A DNA stretch of 56,093 nt from a bacterium (GTDB taxonomy: Bacteria; Krumholzibacteriota; Krumholzibacteriia; G020349025): NCBI GenBank assembly GCA_031362565.1, contig JANLSU010000080.1, positions 1 to 56,093 of the forward strand. Reading direction: 5' to 3'. A program made the position numbers and the translations under genes. Shown here piece after piece: positions 23,601-34,047 of the stretch; within the stretch, counting starts at the first letter, position 1; each line of letters begins with the position of its first letter. The notes below the pieces were generated by a model. It was not told the DNA's origin, ran no database searches, and worked only from the letters and a program-made list of their open reading frames with translations.

Positions 23601-24169
23601 TCCTGCACCAATCCACGTTGTCGCGCAAAGTCCCGCAGCGAACCCTGGAGCAGCCTGCGAGCCCGAAACAGCCGCGACATGACCGTGCCGATCGGAATTT
23701 CGAGAATGTCGGCGATCTCCTTGTACGAAAAACCTTCAATGACCGACAGAATCAACACGCTGCGAAAACTCTCCGGGACCGCATCCAGCGCCGCTTTCAC
23801 TTCGTCGTGCAAGAGGTCCGCGAAGGCGGCGAGTTCGCCGCGCGCCGGCGCATTGAGTGCTTCACTTTCGCGCCCTGCCGCGACCGGCTCCACCGCCTCC
23901 AAGGGCACTTCCTGGACGCGGCGCCCCTTCTGATGGTGGGCGTTGATCCGCGTGTTCGTCAGGATCTTGAAGAGCCACGCCTTGCAGTTCGTGCCGGGCG
24001 TGAACTGATCGAAAAAACGCCAGGCCTTGGCGTAGGTCTCCTGAACGAGATCCTCCGCGTCATTCCGGTTGCGGGTCCATCGCAACGCGCCGCGGTAGAG
24101 GGCATCGGCATGCTGCAGGGCTTCGGACTCGAAGCGGGCGCGCCGCAGCGACTCGCGGTCCTCTGCCAT
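23597..24169 (-). CDS. ECF sigma-70 factor (SigH/SigR-like)
   Basis: [50 protein letters not shown]. Confidence 0.92.
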   Translation of the reverse strand: MAEDRESLRRARFESEALQHADALYRGALRWTRNRNDAEDLVQETYAKAWRFFDQFTPGTNCKAWLFKILTNTRINAHHQKGRRVQEVPLEAVEPVAAGRESEALNAPARGELAAFADLLHDEVKAALDAVPESFRSVLILSVIEGFSYKEIADILEIPIGTVMSRLFRARRLLQGSLRDFARQRGLVQE

Positions 24170-24233
24170 GCCTCGTGCCTCTCTCAAGAGAAATCGCCCA
24201 AGCCGTCCCGGATATTCCCGGCTGACGCCTGAG

Positions 24234-25265
24234 TTATGCGGGGCGCTCGCCGGCCAGCCCGAGCCGGATGATATCGTGCATGTGGATGGCGCCCACCAAG
24301 TGCCCCGCCTCATCGACGACCACCAGCTGGGTGATCGCTCCGCCCGGGTTGTCCTCCATGCGCCGCAGCGCCTGGACCACGAGTGCCGTGCCCTCGATGC
24401 GCTTCGGGTCCGGCACCATGACATCGCTCACCGGGCGGCCGAGGAAGTCGGATTCGCGCAGCAAGATACGCTTCAGATCGCCGTCGGTGACGATGCCGCT
24501 CAATTGCCCCGCGTCGTTCTCGACAAACACGCAGCCGAAACGTTTTTCCATCATGACCGGCAACGCGGCGCGCAGGCTGGTGCGCGCCCGCACCACCGGC
24601 AGATCTTCGCCGCGCCGCATGACGTCCGCCACTTTGAGGACGAGACTCCGGCCGAGGACGCCGCTCGGATGGACTTGCGCGAAATCCTCGGCCCGGAAGC
24701 CGCGCTGTTTGAGAAGCGTGACGGCGAGTGCGTCGCCAACCGCGAGCGCCGCGGTCGTGCTCGCCGTCGGCGCGAGCCCGAGCGGACAAGCCTCTTCAGG
24801 CACCCGGCAGTCCACGACGACGTCACTGCGCACCCCGAGCAAGGAGCCCGGGCTGCCGGTGAGCGCGACGATCGGCATGTGAAGCCGGCGCGCCGCGGCG
24901 AGAATCTCCTCGAGTTCGTCATTGCCGCCGCTGTTGGAGACGACCAACAGCACATCTTCCGGCGCCAAGAGTCCCATGTCGCCGTGCGCGGCCTCGACCG
25001 GATGCAAATAAAGCGCCCGCGTGCCGGTACTGGTGAGCGTGCTCGCGATCTTCTTGGCGACGATGCCGGATTTCCCCAAGCCGGTGACGATGACGCGTCC
25101 CGTGCAACGGAACAAGAGATCGACGGCTTGCACGAAGCTCTCGCCCAAACGCGCCTGCACGGCCCGCAATCCGGCGATTTCGATTTCCAGAACGAGCCGG
25201 GCGTCACGCAACGGATCATCGAGGCGGGCCGCGGGCGTCCGCTCGGACTGTGGCGTGGATTCCAA
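24234..25265 (-). CDS. kdsD: Arabinose-5-phosphate isomerase (KpsF/GutQ family, SIS plus CBS pair)
   Basis: [37 protein letters not shown]-terminal CBS domains; TTG start after GGAGG. Confidence 0.93.
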   Translation of the reverse strand: MESTPQSERTPAARLDDPLRDARLVLEIEIAGLRAVQARLGESFVQAVDLLFRCTGRVIVTGLGKSGIVAKKIASTLTSTGTRALYLHPVEAAHGDMGLLAPEDVLLVVSNSGGNDELEEILAAARRLHMPIVALTGSPGSLLGVRSDVVVDCRVPEEACPLGLAPTASTTAALAVGDALAVTLLKQRGFRAEDFAQVHPSGVLGRSLVLKVADVMRRGEDLPVVRARTSLRAALPVMMEKRFGCVFVENDAGQLSGIVTDGDLKRILLRESDFLGRPVSDVMVPDPKRIEGTALVVQALRRMEDNPGGAITQLVVVDEAGHLVGAIHMHDIIRLGLAGERPA

Positions 25266-25266
25266 G

Positions 25267-25806
25267 TCAGACCTCCGCCCCGGCGCCCGAGGCACCGAAA
25301 AGGGCTTCCACCGTGCGCTCCCACGTGCCTTGCGACCGCAGCACGGCGTCGATGATCTCCCGCAACGCACCCGCTCCGCCGGCGGCGCGCGTTACCCAGT
25401 GCGCGCGGGCCCGTAGTTCGGGCACCGCATCGGCGACCGCCACCGCCACGCCGACGGAACGAAACGCCGGCAGATCGTTCAAGTCATCGCCGACATACAG
25501 CGTCTCGGCACGGCTGTGACCGGTGTCACGCAGGATCATGTCGATTCCCAAGGCTTTGTCGCGCGCGCCTTCGTACACGTGCCGAATGCCAAGCTCCGCA
25601 GCGCGGCCGCGCAATGCACCGGACACTGCACCGGACAAGACGGCGATGTCGAGGCCGGCGGCGCGCGCCAGCGCCACGCCCATGCCGTCGCGGGCCGAAA
25701 AGAATCCCATGCGCCGTCCTTCGGCATCGATCGGGATGACCCCCGAGGTCAGGACGCCGTCGACATCGGTGACCACCAAGCGCACCCTCTGCAATGCTTC
25801 GATCAT
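25267..25806 (-). CDS. kdsC: KDO-8-phosphate phosphatase (HAD family)
   Basis: DVDGVLT, RDGMG, YVGDDLND, GGAGALRE; Kdo gene context. Confidence 0.9.
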   Translation of the reverse strand: MIEALQRVRLVVTDVDGVLTSGVIPIDAEGRRMGFFSARDGMGVALARAAGLDIAVLSGAVSGALRGRAAELGIRHVYEGARDKALGIDMILRDTGHSRAETLYVGDDLNDLPAFRSVGVAVAVADAVPELRARAHWVTRAAGGAGALREIIDAVLRSQGTWERTVEALFGASGAGAEV

Positions 25807-26654
25807 GGGCGCCGTTCCCGGCGTTCGAGAGCATGAAAGTCACGGGCGGTCTCGAGCAATCGCGCCACCTCGGCGAGCGGAATCTGCGTTTGCCGGTCGC
25901 TGTGCGCCCGCGCCGGATCCGGGTGCGCCTCGAGGAACACGGCATCGACACCGGCGGCGCACGCGGCCCGGGTCATGAGCGGCGCAAAACGCCGTTCGCC
26001 ACCCGACTCACCGCCCGCCCCGCTCGGACGTTGCAGGCTGTGGGTGATGTCGAACACCACGGGCCAGCCGAAACCGCGCAACGTTTCCAGGCCGCGCATG
26101 TCGACGATGAGATTGTGGTATCCGAACGATGTGCCGCGTTCCGTCAACAGCAACCCACCGCCGCCCGGCACCGATTCGTATTTGGCAACGATGTGTTCGG
26201 CATCCTCGGGCGCCAAAAACTGGCCCTTCTTGACATTGATGACCCGGCCGGTGGCGGCCGCGGCCCGCAGAAGGCGCGTTTGCCGGCACAAGAAAGCGGG
26301 GATTTGCAGCACGTCCAGCACTTCGGCCGCCGGACCCACCTCGGCGGATTCGTGCACATCGGACAACACCGGCACGCCAAGCTCGTCGCGCACCCGCCGC
26401 AACACTTCCAGGCCGGCGTCGATGCCGGGGCCGACTTCGGACCGCACCGAGGTGCGATTGTCCTTCATGTAGCTACACTTGAAGATGAAGCCCAGTTCGA
26501 GCCGCCGGCACAGGCCGGCCAAGTGCTCGGCCGTGCGCATCACGAGATCGGGTGCTTCCACCACGCACGGCCCGGCGATCACCAACAACGGCGCATCGCC
26601 GCCGACGGCAGCAGGCGTGCCGCGTTGTGCACCGACCACGAATGCTCGAGCCAC
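25803..26654 (-). CDS. kdsA: KDO-8-phosphate synthase
   Basis: IAGPCVVE, KDNRTS, LQIPAFLCRQT, NVKKGQF, TERGTSFGY, FDITHSLQ, EAHPDP. Confidence 0.95.
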   Translation of the reverse strand: MARAFVVGAQRGTPAAVGGDAPLLVIAGPCVVEAPDLVMRTAEHLAGLCRRLELGFIFKCSYMKDNRTSVRSEVGPGIDAGLEVLRRVRDELGVPVLSDVHESAEVGPAAEVLDVLQIPAFLCRQTRLLRAAAATGRVINVKKGQFLAPEDAEHIVAKYESVPGGGGLLLTERGTSFGYHNLIVDMRGLETLRGFGWPVVFDITHSLQRPSGAGGESGGERRFAPLMTRAACAAGVDAVFLEAHPDPARAHSDRQTQIPLAEVARLLETARDFHALERRERRP

Positions 26655-26675
26655 GTTGCCGTCTCCCCTTTGGCG

Positions 26676-28313
26676 TCAGACGCGCGCCGCGCTGCGTGGC
26701 GCCGCGGACCGGCCCTTGGGCAGCGCCGCACAGGCGGCGCCGACGAAGCGGTTGAAGATCGGGTGCGGGCGTTCCGGCCGGCTCCGAAGCTCGGGATGGA
26801 ACTGCACCGCCAAGAAGAAAGGATGCGCCGGGATCTCGACGATCTCGACCAAGCGGCCGTCCGGCGACCGGCCGGAAACGCGCATGCCGTGCGCTTCGAG
26901 GGTCTCGACGTAACGCGGATTCACTTCCCAGCGATGCCGGTGCCGTTCGCGCACTTCGCCGCCCTCATAGCACTGTTCGGCGAGGGTCCCGGGGATGATC
27001 TCGCACGGATACGCGCCCAAGCGCATCGTACCGCCCTTGATCAAACCCTCTTGATCCGGCATGAGGTCGATGACCGGGTTGTTGCAGTCGGCATCGAACT
27101 CGGAGCTGTTGGCGTCCGCGAGTCCGGCGACGTTGCGGGCGAATTCGATGACGGCGCACTGCAGGCCGAGACAGATCCCGAACAACGGGATGCCCGCCTC
27201 GCGCGCGTACCGGATCGCGGCGATCTTGCCCTCGACCCCGCGCTCGCCGAAACCGCCCGGGACCAGGATGCCTTGCACGCCCGACAGCAGGCTGTCGGCG
27301 CCGCGCATCTCGACATCTTCGGAACTGACCCAGCGAATACGCACCCGCACATCGTGCACGGCGCCGGCATGGGTGAAGGCCTCGACGATGCTCTTGTACG
27401 CATCGTGGAGTTGCACGTACTTGCCGCACAGGGCGATTTCCACCGAGCGTTCGGCGCTCTTGACCCGCTGCACCATGGCGCGCCAGGAATCCAGTTCGAG
27501 ACCTCCGGCGGCGAGTCCGAGCTTGGCAAGGACGATTTCGTCGACTTGTTGCTCCGACAAATACAACGGCACTTCGTAGATCGATTGCGCATCGGGCACG
27601 GCGATGACGGCACGCTTTTCGAGATTGCAGAACAGGCCGATCTTGCGCCGCAGATCCTCCCCGAGCGGTTTCTCGGTGCGGCACAGCAAGAGATCGGGCT
27701 GAATACCGATCGACCGCAGCTGCGCGACGCTGTGCTGGGTGGGTTTGGTCTTGAGTTCCTGGGCGGCCGAGATCCACGGCACCAGGGTCATGTGGACGCT
27801 CAAGCAGTTCTCGGGGCCCACTTCCAGCCGGAACTGGCGCACGGCTTCGAGAAACGGCAGGCTCTCGATATCGCCTACCGTGCCGCCGATCTCGGTGACG
27901 ACCACATCATTGCCTTCGGCCACGGCGTGAATCCGGCTCTTGATCTCGTCCGTGACGTGCGGCACGACTTGGACGGTATGTCCCAGGAAATCGCCACGCC
28001 GTTCCTTGCGGATCAGCAACTCGTAGATTTGTCCGGCGGTGGTGTTGTGTTTGCGCTCGAGGCTGACGTCCGTGAAGCGTTCGTAGTGGCCGAGATCGAG
28101 ATCGGTTTCGGTGCCGTCGTCGGTGACGAACACCTCGCCATGCTGAAACGGACTCATCGTGCCCGGGTCGACGTTCAGGTACGGATCGAACTTCTGCAGC
28201 GTGACGCGCAAACCACGCCGTTTGAGCAGCAAACCCAGCGACGCTGTCGCGATCCCCTTGCCAAGTGAGGAGACCACACCGCCCGTTACGAAAATATATT
28301 TCGTCATCACCAC
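26676..28313 (-). CDS. pyrG: CTP synthase
   Basis: [60 protein letters not shown]. Start may be ATG at 28307. Confidence 0.98.
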   Translation of the reverse strand: MVMTKYIFVTGGVVSSLGKGIATASLGLLLKRRGLRVTLQKFDPYLNVDPGTMSPFQHGEVFVTDDGTETDLDLGHYERFTDVSLERKHNTTAGQIYELLIRKERRGDFLGHTVQVVPHVTDEIKSRIHAVAEGNDVVVTEIGGTVGDIESLPFLEAVRQFRLEVGPENCLSVHMTLVPWISAAQELKTKPTQHSVAQLRSIGIQPDLLLCRTEKPLGEDLRRKIGLFCNLEKRAVIAVPDAQSIYEVPLYLSEQQVDEIVLAKLGLAAGGLELDSWRAMVQRVKSAERSVEIALCGKYVQLHDAYKSIVEAFTHAGAVHDVRVRIRWVSSEDVEMRGADSLLSGVQGILVPGGFGERGVEGKIAAIRYAREAGIPLFGICLGLQCAVIEFARNVAGLADANSSEFDADCNNPVIDLMPDQEGLIKGGTMRLGAYPCEIIPGTLAEQCYEGGEVRERHRHRWEVNPRYVETLEAHGMRVSGRSPDGRLVEIVEIPAHPFFLAVQFHPELRSRPERPHPIFNRFVGAACAALPKGRSAAPRSAARV

Positions 28314-28357
28314 ACCCTACGCTTCTGGGAGAGGATTTCGCGGAACGAATGCCGATT

Positions 28358-29089
28358 CTACGCACCCGACAGACGCAATGCAACGGCCTTCAGATCCTCT
28401 GGCGTGTCCACACCGCGGCTTGCGTGCGCCGTCACGAGGACGCGAATCCGCATGCCATTTTCGAGCCCGCGCAATTGTTCGAGTCCCTCGCGGCGTTCGA
28501 GCGCCGAAGGCGCGAGCTGCACGAACCGCGCCAGCGCTGCGTGCCGGAACGCGTAGATCCCGATGTGATGCAGGTAAGTAGTGTCATCATCGCGCGAGTG
28601 CGGCACGGCGGCGCGCGAAAAATACAGTGCATCACCATTGGCGCCGCGCACCACCTTCACGACATGCGGGCTCGTCCGCCCCGCCGCGTCGCGCGCTTCG
28701 TGCGCCGCGGTGGCGATGTCGACCGCGGGATCGGTGGCCAGGAGTTCGACGAGTTCGCAGAGCAGTGCGGGAGCGATCAGCGGTTCGTCCCCCTGCACGT
28801 TGACGACGATGGCATCCGGCGGCAGATCGGCCGCGGCCTCGGCCACACGTTCGGTGCCGGTCGCATGGTCGGCGCGCGTCATGCGCGCCACACCGCCCGC
28901 CTGGCGCACCACGGCCGCAATCCGCTCATCGTCGGTCGCGACCCACACGGCGTCGAAGACGGCGGATTCGCGGGCCCGTTCGAGCACGTGCACGATCATC
29001 GGCCGGCCAGCCAGCAACGCCAGCGGCTTGCCGGGGAACCGCACTGACGCCCAGCGTGCCGGGATGACCGCGACACACGGCGACGTCAC
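28358..29089 (-). CDS. kdsB: CMP-KDO synthetase (3-deoxy-manno-octulosonate cytidylyltransferase)
   Basis: IPARWASVRFPGKPL, VATDD, TGTER, NVQGDEP, ALYFSR, HIGIY, LEQLR, GVDTPEDL; GTG overlaps the upstream TGA. Confidence 0.95.
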   Translation of the reverse strand: MTSPCVAVIPARWASVRFPGKPLALLAGRPMIVHVLERARESAVFDAVWVATDDERIAAVVRQAGGVARMTRADHATGTERVAEAAADLPPDAIVVNVQGDEPLIAPALLCELVELLATDPAVDIATAAHEARDAAGRTSPHVVKVVRGANGDALYFSRAAVPHSRDDDTTYLHHIGIYAFRHAALARFVQLAPSALERREGLEQLRGLENGMRIRVLVTAHASRGVDTPEDLKAVALRLSGA

Positions 29090-30204
29090 GGCCGGCGTCC
29101 AGGCGCCGCGCCTGAGTGCGACGAATCCGCCGCCGCCGGAATATCGGTCGGCAACGACAAGAGGGTGACCTCGCGCCAACGAATGGGCGCGTCGGTCAAC
29201 GTCGAGGCAAGGATGCGCGTCGGCAGCGAGTACGCCGGCCCGTTCGCCGCGCCGGCGACCGCGACCTGGCCGCGATTGCTGACGTCGAGACGCCCGGGCA
29301 CCAGACCGGGAGCTTCGATCGCGAGATCGGCACTCCCCACAACGTGCAGTGTCGGCACGTCCACGGTGACGAGTGTCCGCTTGCCGCGATCCGACAAGAG
29401 CAAGTAGCGGTCCTCGCTCACCCATCCCTCACGGCCTTCAATCGGCAGCAGGAGTGCGGGCAGCAATGACACGCCGGCGATGCGATCGATGCCGAGCGCG
29501 ACGCGGGTGGCTTGGCGGAGCATCCGGTACGCACCCGTCGGCGCGAGATCGTAGACCGCGAGCCCGGTCTTGCCTTCGCCGGCAACGAACACCTCGCCGC
29601 GCGAACTCACCGCGCACGCCACCGCGGGAACGAGCGCCGGCGGCAGCGCGATCGTCCACAAAGGAGTCGCACCGGGCGGATCGCCGAAGACCCGCACCTC
29701 CGTCGTGGAGAGGATGTACACCAGCCCCGCGGTGCTCACGAACACGTCGCGTGGCGTGCCGGCCGGCATCGCGAGCGCCACGGAGTCCACGACGGTGCCG
29801 CTGCGGAACATCACCAAGCGGCCGTTCTTCTCGAGCACGAACGTCCCGCTCGTCCCGACGTGCAGCGCCACCGGTGCGTGCAACAGCGCGGCGCCGCGGC
29901 GGCCCATTTCCTCGCCGGCGTCCGCGGTGCCTTTGATTGGCCGCGCCGCAACCGCCACCAGATCGTGCGTCGAATCGGCGAGCGCCCAAAGAATATCCAC
30001 CGAGGTGACGATGTTGCGGCCGACCGCCGTGAACGCGACATCGTTCACCTGCGACAGCGTGGCACAGCGGACGACGCCGTTCCACACCACGGCCCGATTC
30101 AAGGAATCCTGGCGCACGGCCTCCGGATCGGGAGCCGTTGCCGCGGCCGGTGCGGCAAGACCACAAACCCAACACGCCGCCGCGATGAGCGATCGAAACC
30201 TCAC
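29086..30204 (-). CDS. Secreted hypothetical protein, probable NHL-like beta-propeller
   Basis: Signal peptide; repeated blade-like motifs (PRDVFVSTAGLVYIL, PAVACAVSSRGEVFVA, PGRLDVSNRGQVAVA); coupled to kdsB. Confidence 0.6.
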   Translation of the reverse strand: MRFRSLIAAACWVCGLAAPAAATAPDPEAVRQDSLNRAVVWNGVVRCATLSQVNDVAFTAVGRNIVTSVDILWALADSTHDLVAVAARPIKGTADAGEEMGRRGAALLHAPVALHVGTSGTFVLEKNGRLVMFRSGTVVDSVALAMPAGTPRDVFVSTAGLVYILSTTEVRVFGDPPGATPLWTIALPPALVPAVACAVSSRGEVFVAGEGKTGLAVYDLAPTGAYRMLRQATRVALGIDRIAGVSLLPALLLPIEGREGWVSEDRYLLLSDRGKRTLVTVDVPTLHVVGSADLAIEAPGLVPGRLDVSNRGQVAVAGAANGPAYSLPTRILASTLTDAPIRWREVTLLSLPTDIPAAADSSHSGAAPGRRP

Positions 30205-30287
30205 AGAGGAGCCCTCCTACAAAAGATACGGGGGCCGCTCGGGCCCCCGGTTCGACATTCGATGCGGTTCGGCGCTGTGGCTCTCAT

Positions 30288-30554
30288 CTAAGCCGGTTCG
30301 GTCACCGGTTCGATGCGAACCCGCTTGCGGTCGCGCCCTTGTCGCTCGAACACTACGCGCCCGTAGACCTTCGCGAACAACGTGTCATCGTGGCCGCGGC
30401 CGACATTCGCACCCGGATGAATGCGCGTGCCGCGCTGGCGCACGAGGATGTTGCCGGCGTTGACGATCTGCCCGTCACCGCGCTTGACACCCAAGAACTT
30501 CGGCTGGCTGTCGCGGCCGTTGCGCGATGAACCCTGGCCTTTTTTGTGAGCCAA
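30288..30554 (-). CDS. rpmA: 50S ribosomal protein L27
   Basis: [37 protein letters not shown] start; no N-terminal extension. Confidence 0.98.
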   Translation of the reverse strand: MAHKKGQGSSRNGRDSQPKFLGVKRGDGQIVNAGNILVRQRGTRIHPGANVGRGHDDTLFAKVYGRVVFERQGRDRKRVRIEPVTEPA

Positions 30555-30575
30555 CTTCGACCTGCCTTCTCGATG

Positions 30576-30890
30576 TTACGGGCGCTGGATCGCGGTGATC
30601 CGCAACTCGGTGTACGGTTGACGGTGGCCGTTTTTCTTGCGGTGATCCTTGCGGCGCTTCTTGTGGAAAACGAGGATTTTGCGTTCCCGGTCGTGCACGA
30701 CGACCTGAGCGCTGACTCGCGCCCCAGCGACCAACGGCTGGCCGACGGTCAAACCGCCATCGCCGCCGACGGCGAGAACGGCATCAAAATGAACGTCCGA
30801 GCCAAGCTCGGCCGCCAGGTGCGGAACCCGGACGACCTCGTCCTGGCGGACCTGAAACTGTTTGCCTGCGATTCGAACCACGGCGTACAC
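30576..30890 (-). CDS. rplU: 50S ribosomal protein L21
   Basis: YAVVRIAGKQFQV, GQPLV, KKRRK, GHRQPYT; GTG start after AGGAG. Confidence 0.97.
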   Translation of the reverse strand: MYAVVRIAGKQFQVRQDEVVRVPHLAAELGSDVHFDAVLAVGGDGGLTVGQPLVAGARVSAQVVVHDRERKILVFHKKRRKDHRKKNGHRQPYTELRITAIQRP

Positions 30891-30944
30891 GGCGACTCCT
30901 CTGCGCAAAAAACACTGACTTGTACCAGGAACGGCGGGCGGCCG

Positions 30945-33305
30945 TCAAGCTCCGTCGTTTTCCGGTCCGGCGTGCGGCGCTTCGCTGGGAGCCGCCGAGG
31001 CGACCGGCCGGACGAGCGTGTGCACGTGGGAACCGATCTCCGGATTGTCCTCAAGATGCGGCCTGGGCCCGGCCCCGCGGCGTCCACGACCCCGGCTGCC
31101 GCGCCGGCGACGCCGACGGTTGCCACCGGACTCGGCGCCATCCTCAGGCCCGGCATGGATCACCGCGCCGGGCGGCGCGCTAGAAGCTACAACAACTGGC
31201 TGCGGTGCGGGTTCCAAACGGCGCGGCGCCCGCTCGCGGTCGCGGCCCCGGCCGCCCCGCTCGGGGCGATCCTGGTCGCGGGGTTCGGGGCGCTCCCGCA
31301 CGTCGAGGCGTTCGTGGCCGTCCGGGCGGTCACGCGGCTCGAGCCGCTCACGGCTGTCGGAGCGCTCGCGGAGGTCGGGACGGTCACGCAAGTCAGGGCG
31401 CTCGCGCACCTCTGCCGTCTCGCGCGCTACGACGGGCTCGCGCGACTCACGCGGAGCGCGGGAATCGCGGTTGTCACGCGAATCACGGTGATCCCGCGCC
31501 GGTCCATTCGGGCGGCGGTCCCCCGTACTACGGCCCTCGGGACGATCGCGGCGGTCGCCCCGGTCGTTGCGCGGCCCACGTGGCCCGCGCCCCGCCGCGC
31601 CGCGCATCGGTTCGCGCCGCGGCGCCTCGCGGCCACCCGATTCGCCACCCTCGCGTCCACCCGCCGAACGCGTCTCGCGCCCGTCGCTCGAACCGCTGGC
31701 GGTCCTTGGCCCGCGCTCGTTCCGGCGCGCTTCGGGCTCCTCCATCCGATTGCGTTCGCCGTTCAGCCCGGGCCCCGACACCCGGCGCATGAGGTCTTCG
31801 CCCGTCTGCACCGAGATGAGGCGGAAGGTCTCGCGATGCAACCGTGCGTCGTCGACGACGTCGATCGAAACACCGGTGATCCGCATGAGCGCCTGCAGCC
31901 GGTCGTAACGATCCTCGCGCAAGAACACCGCGAGCTGCGGGTTGGCTTGCAGCCGCACGTCGCGCACCCGCGTGTAGTGGGTGATGCGGCGCACCATGCG
32001 TTCGATCCGGTTGGCGACCGAATCGAGCGACAACACGTGTCCGGTGCTCTCGCAGTTCGCGCACTTGTCGCTCATGAAGTGGTACAAGCTCGGCCGGACG
32101 CGCTGGCGGCTCATCTCGACCAGCCCCAGGTCGCTCACCTGGAAGGCCTTGGTCTTGGCGCGATCGCGCTTGAGCCAAGTGCGCAAGTCCTGAAGAACCT
32201 TCTTCTTGTTCTGTTCGCTCTCCATGTCGATGAAGTCGATGACGATGATGCCACCGATATCGCGCAGCCGCATTTGGCGGGCCGCCTCGCGCGCCGCCAA
32301 CAGGTTGGTCTTGACGATGGTTTCTTCTTGGTTCTTCTTGCCGGTAAAACGCCCGGTGTTGACATCGATCGCAACCAGCGCTTCCGTCTGGTCGATGACG
32401 ATGTAGCCGCCCTTCTTGAGCCACACCTTACGATCGAGCGTCTTGTCGAGCTCGTTTTCGATGTCGTACTTGTCGAAGATCGGCACCGGTTCCTCGTGCA
32501 GCTTGACGCGGACCGCGAGTTCCGGGGCGACGCCGCGCAAGTAGGCGATCAATTCGTCGTAGGCGGCGCGGTCATCCAGAACGAGTTGGTCGACTTCCTC
32601 GTTGAAGACGTCGCGCACCAGGCCGATGACGATGCCGACGTCCTGGTGGACGAGGCTCGGCGCCGGCGCCGGGCCGGCTTTCGACTGGATTTCCTTCCAG
32701 GTGGCGACCAGGTGCTGGACATCGTTCTCGAGCGCCTTCTGCTCGGCGCCCTCGCCGACGGTCCGCACGATCAGCGCGCAGTCCTGCGGCTTGAGGTCGT
32801 TGATGATGGCCTTCAGGCGGGAACGTTCGGCGCGGTCCTCGATCTTGCGGGACACGCCGACGTGATCGACGTTCGGCATGATCACCGCGAAGCGCCCCGG
32901 CAGCGAAATCTGCGTGGTAATGCGCGGGCCCTTGGTGGCGATGGGTTCCTTCGTCACCTGGACGAGGATCTCTTGGCCCTTGTGCAAGATGTCTTGAATC
33001 GGCGGCAGCGGCGGACGGCCGTTGTGACGGCCACCAGGGCGGCGGCGGTCTCCCGGCTCGTCATCCTCTTCTTCGCGCACCTCGAGCAGATCGGAGACGT
33101 GAAGAAAGGCGGCCTTTTCGGTCCCGATATCGACAAATGCGGCCTGGATCCCGGGCAGCACTGCGGTCACGACACCCTTGTGGATGTCACCCACCATGCG
33201 CTTGTTTTCGGCCCGTTCAATGAGAAGCTCGACTAGCTCCTTGTCTTCCAGGATTGCGATCCGAACCTCGTACGGGGTGGAGTTGACGATGATTTCCTTG
33301 TGCAT
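30945..33305 (-). CDS. rne: Ribonuclease E/G family endoribonuclease with long low-complexity C-terminal tail
   Basis: S1 domain (VLPGIQAAFVDIG), LVQVTKEPIATKGPR, IDVNTG, RLRDIGGIIVIDFIDM, Zn-link CANC, then an Arg/Glu/Gly-rich tail. Confidence 0.95.
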   Translation of the reverse strand: MHKEIIVNSTPYEVRIAILEDKELVELLIERAENKRMVGDIHKGVVTAVLPGIQAAFVDIGTEKAAFLHVSDLLEVREEEDDEPGDRRRPGGRHNGRPPLPPIQDILHKGQEILVQVTKEPIATKGPRITTQISLPGRFAVIMPNVDHVGVSRKIEDRAERSRLKAIINDLKPQDCALIVRTVGEGAEQKALENDVQHLVATWKEIQSKAGPAPAPSLVHQDVGIVIGLVRDVFNEEVDQLVLDDRAAYDELIAYLRGVAPELAVRVKLHEEPVPIFDKYDIENELDKTLDRKVWLKKGGYIVIDQTEALVAIDVNTGRFTGKKNQEETIVKTNLLAAREAARQMRLRDIGGIIVIDFIDMESEQNKKKVLQDLRTWLKRDRAKTKAFQVSDLGLVEMSRQRVRPSLYHFMSDKCANCESTGHVLSLDSVANRIERMVRRITHYTRVRDVRLQANPQLAVFLREDRYDRLQALMRITGVSIDVVDDARLHRETFRLISVQTGEDLMRRVSGPGLNGERNRMEEPEARRNERGPRTASGSSDGRETRSAGGREGGESGGREAPRREPMRGAAGRGPRGPRNDRGDRRDRPEGRSTGDRRPNGPARDHRDSRDNRDSRAPRESREPVVARETAEVRERPDLRDRPDLRERSDSRERLEPRDRPDGHERLDVRERPEPRDQDRPERGGRGRDRERAPRRLEPAPQPVVVASSAPPGAVIHAGPEDGAESGGNRRRRRRGSRGRGRRGAGPRPHLEDNPEIGSHVHTLVRPVASAAPSEAPHAGPENDGA
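31281..31406 (-). repeat. Degenerate 18-bp tandem repeat (7 units) inside the rne tail
   Basis: Encodes RERPDL-RDRPDL-RERSDS-RERLEP-RDRPDG-HERLDV-RERPEP. Confidence 0.8.
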
Positions 33306-33880
33306 CGAATTTCACTCGGTTCCTTTGCGGCTCCGGCAATGGAGAAAAGGTGCCGCCGTGGCCGAGCGCACGCGACCCGAAGGGTGCAAAGGAGCCCCCC
33401 GCGGGTTTCTCTGTTCAGCAATCTCCAGCGCGCGATTCTTCGCACCATGAAAATCCTTTTCGAACCGCTGCTGGCGGGCCGCACACGAGGTGCTTCAGGA
33501 TGTTCTCGCCCGCCGCCGGTTGTTTCGCCTGTGGAGATTCGGTCCTTGGTTCTTGCGTTGTGCGTTCGCTTCAGCCGTCGACGTCGTCGCTGCTCGACCG
33601 ATCGATCCTTGTGGCGCACTGGGCGCGGGGCGCAACTTCTGCGCGCCGGCGTTCCGGGCGACCGCGGATCCGGTCCGAATGTCGGTACGGCGAAGGGTTT
33701 GGGGCAAAGGCGCGGATCCAGCGAGTCCTTCTCGCGAATGGTGGGATCCCAGCGCCGCCCACTGCTCCAGGGTCCCTGCCCTTGGAGCTCTCCGACCCCT
33801 CGTACGCCCGAAGGCCTCTTCGCAGCGTGCCACTCGCGCCTGCCGGAAGGCCGCGAGGGATTGACCTAACTAGTGACTTA
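33306..33880 (-). ncRNA. Putative structured 5' leader RNA of rne
   Basis: Long gap with no credible ORF; multiple nested stems and two cUUCGg tetraloops on the minus strand (see findings). Confidence 0.5.
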
Positions 33881-34047
33881 ACACACGGTAAGCAAAAAGG
33901 CAACCAAAAGACAATGGCTGGCCGGTGCGGCTCCGGCGGGTCGCGGGCGGCTCCGGCGAGGGTGCCGACAGCGGCGCGCCTGGGGCGGGGCGCCCGAGTG
34001 CCCAGAGAAACGTCCTGGCGCGGCGCGGCGGGCGCCCAGCAACCGGC

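Noticed and set aside
30231..30248. GGGGCC/GGCCCC hairpin after rpmA as a terminator
   Set aside because: Short stem with the U tract offset by several bases; too weak to call.
31281..31500. CRISPR-like periodicity in the rne 3' region
   Set aside because: The repeats are in-frame, degenerate at codon level and have no unique spacers; no cas genes are present.
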